Made by a program: the position numbers and the translations under genes. From NCBI RefSeq assembly GCF_035084215.1, contig NC_090347.1, forward strand, positions 23,312,001-23,376,000: DNA of 64,000 nt, given 5' to 3'. Source of the DNA: Heptranchias perlo. Lineage: Eukaryota. The first letter of the stretch is position 1. Every line of letters starts with the position of its first letter. The notes below the pieces were generated by a model. The model was not told the DNA's origin and made no database searches. It saw only the letters and a program-made list of their open reading frames with translations. Of this stretch, positions 61,311 to 64,000 are shown piece by piece.

Positions 61311-63716
61311 ATTTATTTTTTTTCTCAGTGAAAAAGTTGAAGAGGATTTAACTTTGTTTTTCACATGATTTAAACCTAACCGGAAGATGACTTTGAATTA
61401 TTGGGTTCCTCCTGGTTGGTTACTGTCCATGCTGATGATGACAACAGGGCGCTCTCTCCCATTTTCATTTTGACTCCCAATTCAGTTAAAAAAAATACTA
61501 GTAGAAAGAGAGCAATCCATTTTTGGGATGCAAAGGTGATTCTTTTTGCCTTAAAGCTTGGAAACTGCATATATAATAAATGTTTCAGCCTTTTATGAGA
61601 TAAATCTCTGTTTATTAAAGACTGCAGAAGTTGGTAAAGACACTAATAGTGTATTAAGTGATTTAAAACAGGAATGTAAAGGCAGGAGCTGGCTAATGAT
61701 GGGTAAAGCGATGGATGGCTGACTGAAAGCCCAAAAGGGGCCAGGGATGGGTTGGGTGGGGAGATTGACAGATGGGAACACAGTGAGGTGGTGCCCGATA
61801 GTCAGAAAGGGGCCCTTCAAGACCTCTCCTGCAGCGACCCCCTCCTGATTCTAAATCCCTCTTGTGCTTAGAAAACCCTAGACTACCCAGAGACTGGGAT
61901 CGCTCCAGTGTTCCTGGGCTTCTCCCAGTGCTTCCGGATTGGGACTTGCCCTCTTCTCTCCAGAATCCATCACCGCGGTGCTGCTACAATCCTGGCCCCA
62001 TGTTTAGTGCATCCAGACCCTGGGAGTGTCTTTTCCCAATGCTCCAAAATCTCGGCACCATTCCTCACAAATTACAAGAGTCCTCTTCCATTAATTCCAA
62101 TTCCCAGTGCCTGGCCAAATGCTCCCAGAACTCTTCTTCATGGTGCTCCCAATCCTTGTAATCCCTTTTAAAGTACCTCTCGATTCTGAACTTCTTCCCA
62201 GTGCAGTGCTGATAAATTAGTGTCCCTGACGATGCTACTTGGCATAACATCATTATTCTTATATAATTGCAGATTCACCGTGAGCAATGCCATGGGATAT
62301 CAGCAGCCTTAATATAATAAATCAACTTTTATATTAAAAAAATTGTAATGGACACCACATTAGGTCAGCTAGCATCATTTAAAAAGTCCGTAATTTCAAG
62401 GTTTTTACCTCCCCTCGAAGGATAAGATGACAATTATAAATTGCTGAAACTTCGCGCCCACAGTTTGACGCCATCTGAGTTCCTTGATCAGATTTCTATC
62501 CATTACTCACTCTCAGTTGTTTCTTATTTTCTCTATACTTCCTATAAAGTGCATTAAACATGTTGACAAACATTGTAGAATTTCAAAATCAAAACAAATT
62601 CCTGTCTTCACAGTAGATAAACTTTAAATGATCTGTCAAGTGAGAAAGCTATACACTTACTTTTCATTTTAGCCATAATGGTTGTTACGTGTTTAGGTTC
62701 ATTTATGCTTTCTACTCTAGATATTTTTGGTTTCTGTTTTTCTCATAGTTGAGCCCTCGCACCCTACATCCTTAAGAGTTTGCCACTTAACTTGTTATCC
62801 AGGCAACAATATTGTAGCACACCAGAGATAACGAATAGAGAATCCTTTTTTAAATTACTTCAGCACTGGTGTAGTGGTTCCGCTCCTCCAAGGGATCCTC
62901 CTTATTTTCAAAAGCGGCAGAATAACATTACACTCCGACCTTTTTTTGGCTTTAAACATACAAACAAATTTATTAAACAGTAATAGAACAAGTAAATAAT
63001 AGCAGAAATCTAACATATATTTACAGTATTGTTAAACTTTACTGGCTTGTATAATAGAAAATGAATAGTTTACAATTCTAGTGCTAAAAATATGATTATA
63101 ATGACTTTTTTTACATAGTTCTTTTTATGTTCTCTGCAAGTTATCTGTTGTATCTAATACGGTTGAGAAGTTCCAGTCAGATAATCTCTTTTTGACCAGC
63201 TATGCATCAAACTCATTGATTTGAAAAAGACAGGCCAATAAGTCCCTCAGAAGCAATAATCACAGCCAAATAAAATTTGAATAACTGTCCATTAAATTCA
63301 AAAAGTTGTTAATCAAATATATATCAGAGTGACACAGCGTGGTTGTATTTGAATAAAGTGAGTTGGCTCCTCCTCCAAGTAAATGGCCCAGTAACCAACT
63401 GAACATTAATTACACCATTGTATCAAGTTAAACTGGGACATAATTTCTGTATGTGCAGCAAGTTTTTAGCTCCTTAAGGACCATGGCAGAATTAAAGCAG
63501 GGCGTAGCAAGCTAAAATATAGACAATGTTTCATTTTTGTCACAATGGCATCACGTAAGTAAAACTGTGATGTACTTCAGTGCGATTTGTGCTGTCGTGT
63601 GATGCTGTCCAAACAACCATAAAGTTTATCAAATAGTTTTTCCTGAAAATGGTGCCATTTCAATTTGTAAGACATTTCAGAGAATAATTGCTGCTGCTGT
63701 CAATTTACTGTTTTAC

Positions 63717-64000
63717 GGGGTAATTTTAACCCCAAAGAATGGCTGGGTTGGGAGCGGGCGGGAGGTTAAAATAATAGCTTTTTGAAGCGCGACCATAACC
63801 CAGCTTCAATGCGCCCACTTCTGGGTTTGACGTGGGTGCGTTTGGATGCGTGCGTGCAGCCGAAACCCGGAAGTCGCGTCCCCAATTAATGCTGGCGGGC
63901 GGATCGTTAAAGGGGCAGTTTACCTACTTGAAATATTTGAGGTAGGTAATTTTTTTGTTGATTCTGAACCTGAAACAAATTTTACTTCACCTGCACAAGT
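63717..64000. mobile_element. Left end of a MITE-like element running off the window
   Basis: ggggtaattttaacccc...ggttaaaata followed by a CpG-rich body, as at 1815. Confidence 0.6.

Overview
Vertebrate nuclear DNA, most likely from a cartilaginous fish, judged from the LINE/SINE/MITE repertoire (an inference). The window holds the conserved head-to-head pair SRSF2 and MFSD11 with a shared CpG-rich promoter. SRSF2 is on the minus strand with 2 coding exons (215 aa) and a strongly conserved 3'UTR exon/retained-intron module. MFSD11 is on the plus strand with 13 coding exons, all GT-AG and phase-consistent (451 aa). The rest is intron and intergenic DNA with many CR1- and L2-type LINE fragments, tRNA-derived SINEs and Harbinger-like MITEs. 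There are two large tandem arrays: a ~2.9 kb alternating purine/pyrimidine array in MFSD11 intron 1 (containing an assembly gap), and a ~43-bp palindromic minisatellite split by a CR1 insertion. A CTCF-like site lies near 46.9 kb, and an unidentified plus-strand promoter/first exon near 53.2-53.5 kb. I found no convincing wholly new system. The best leads are the SRSF2 NMD-autoregulation architecture, a possible decayed METTL23 exon, the unidentified third transcript and the two structured arrays. Comparisons with human sequences are from memory and need confirmation by alignment.
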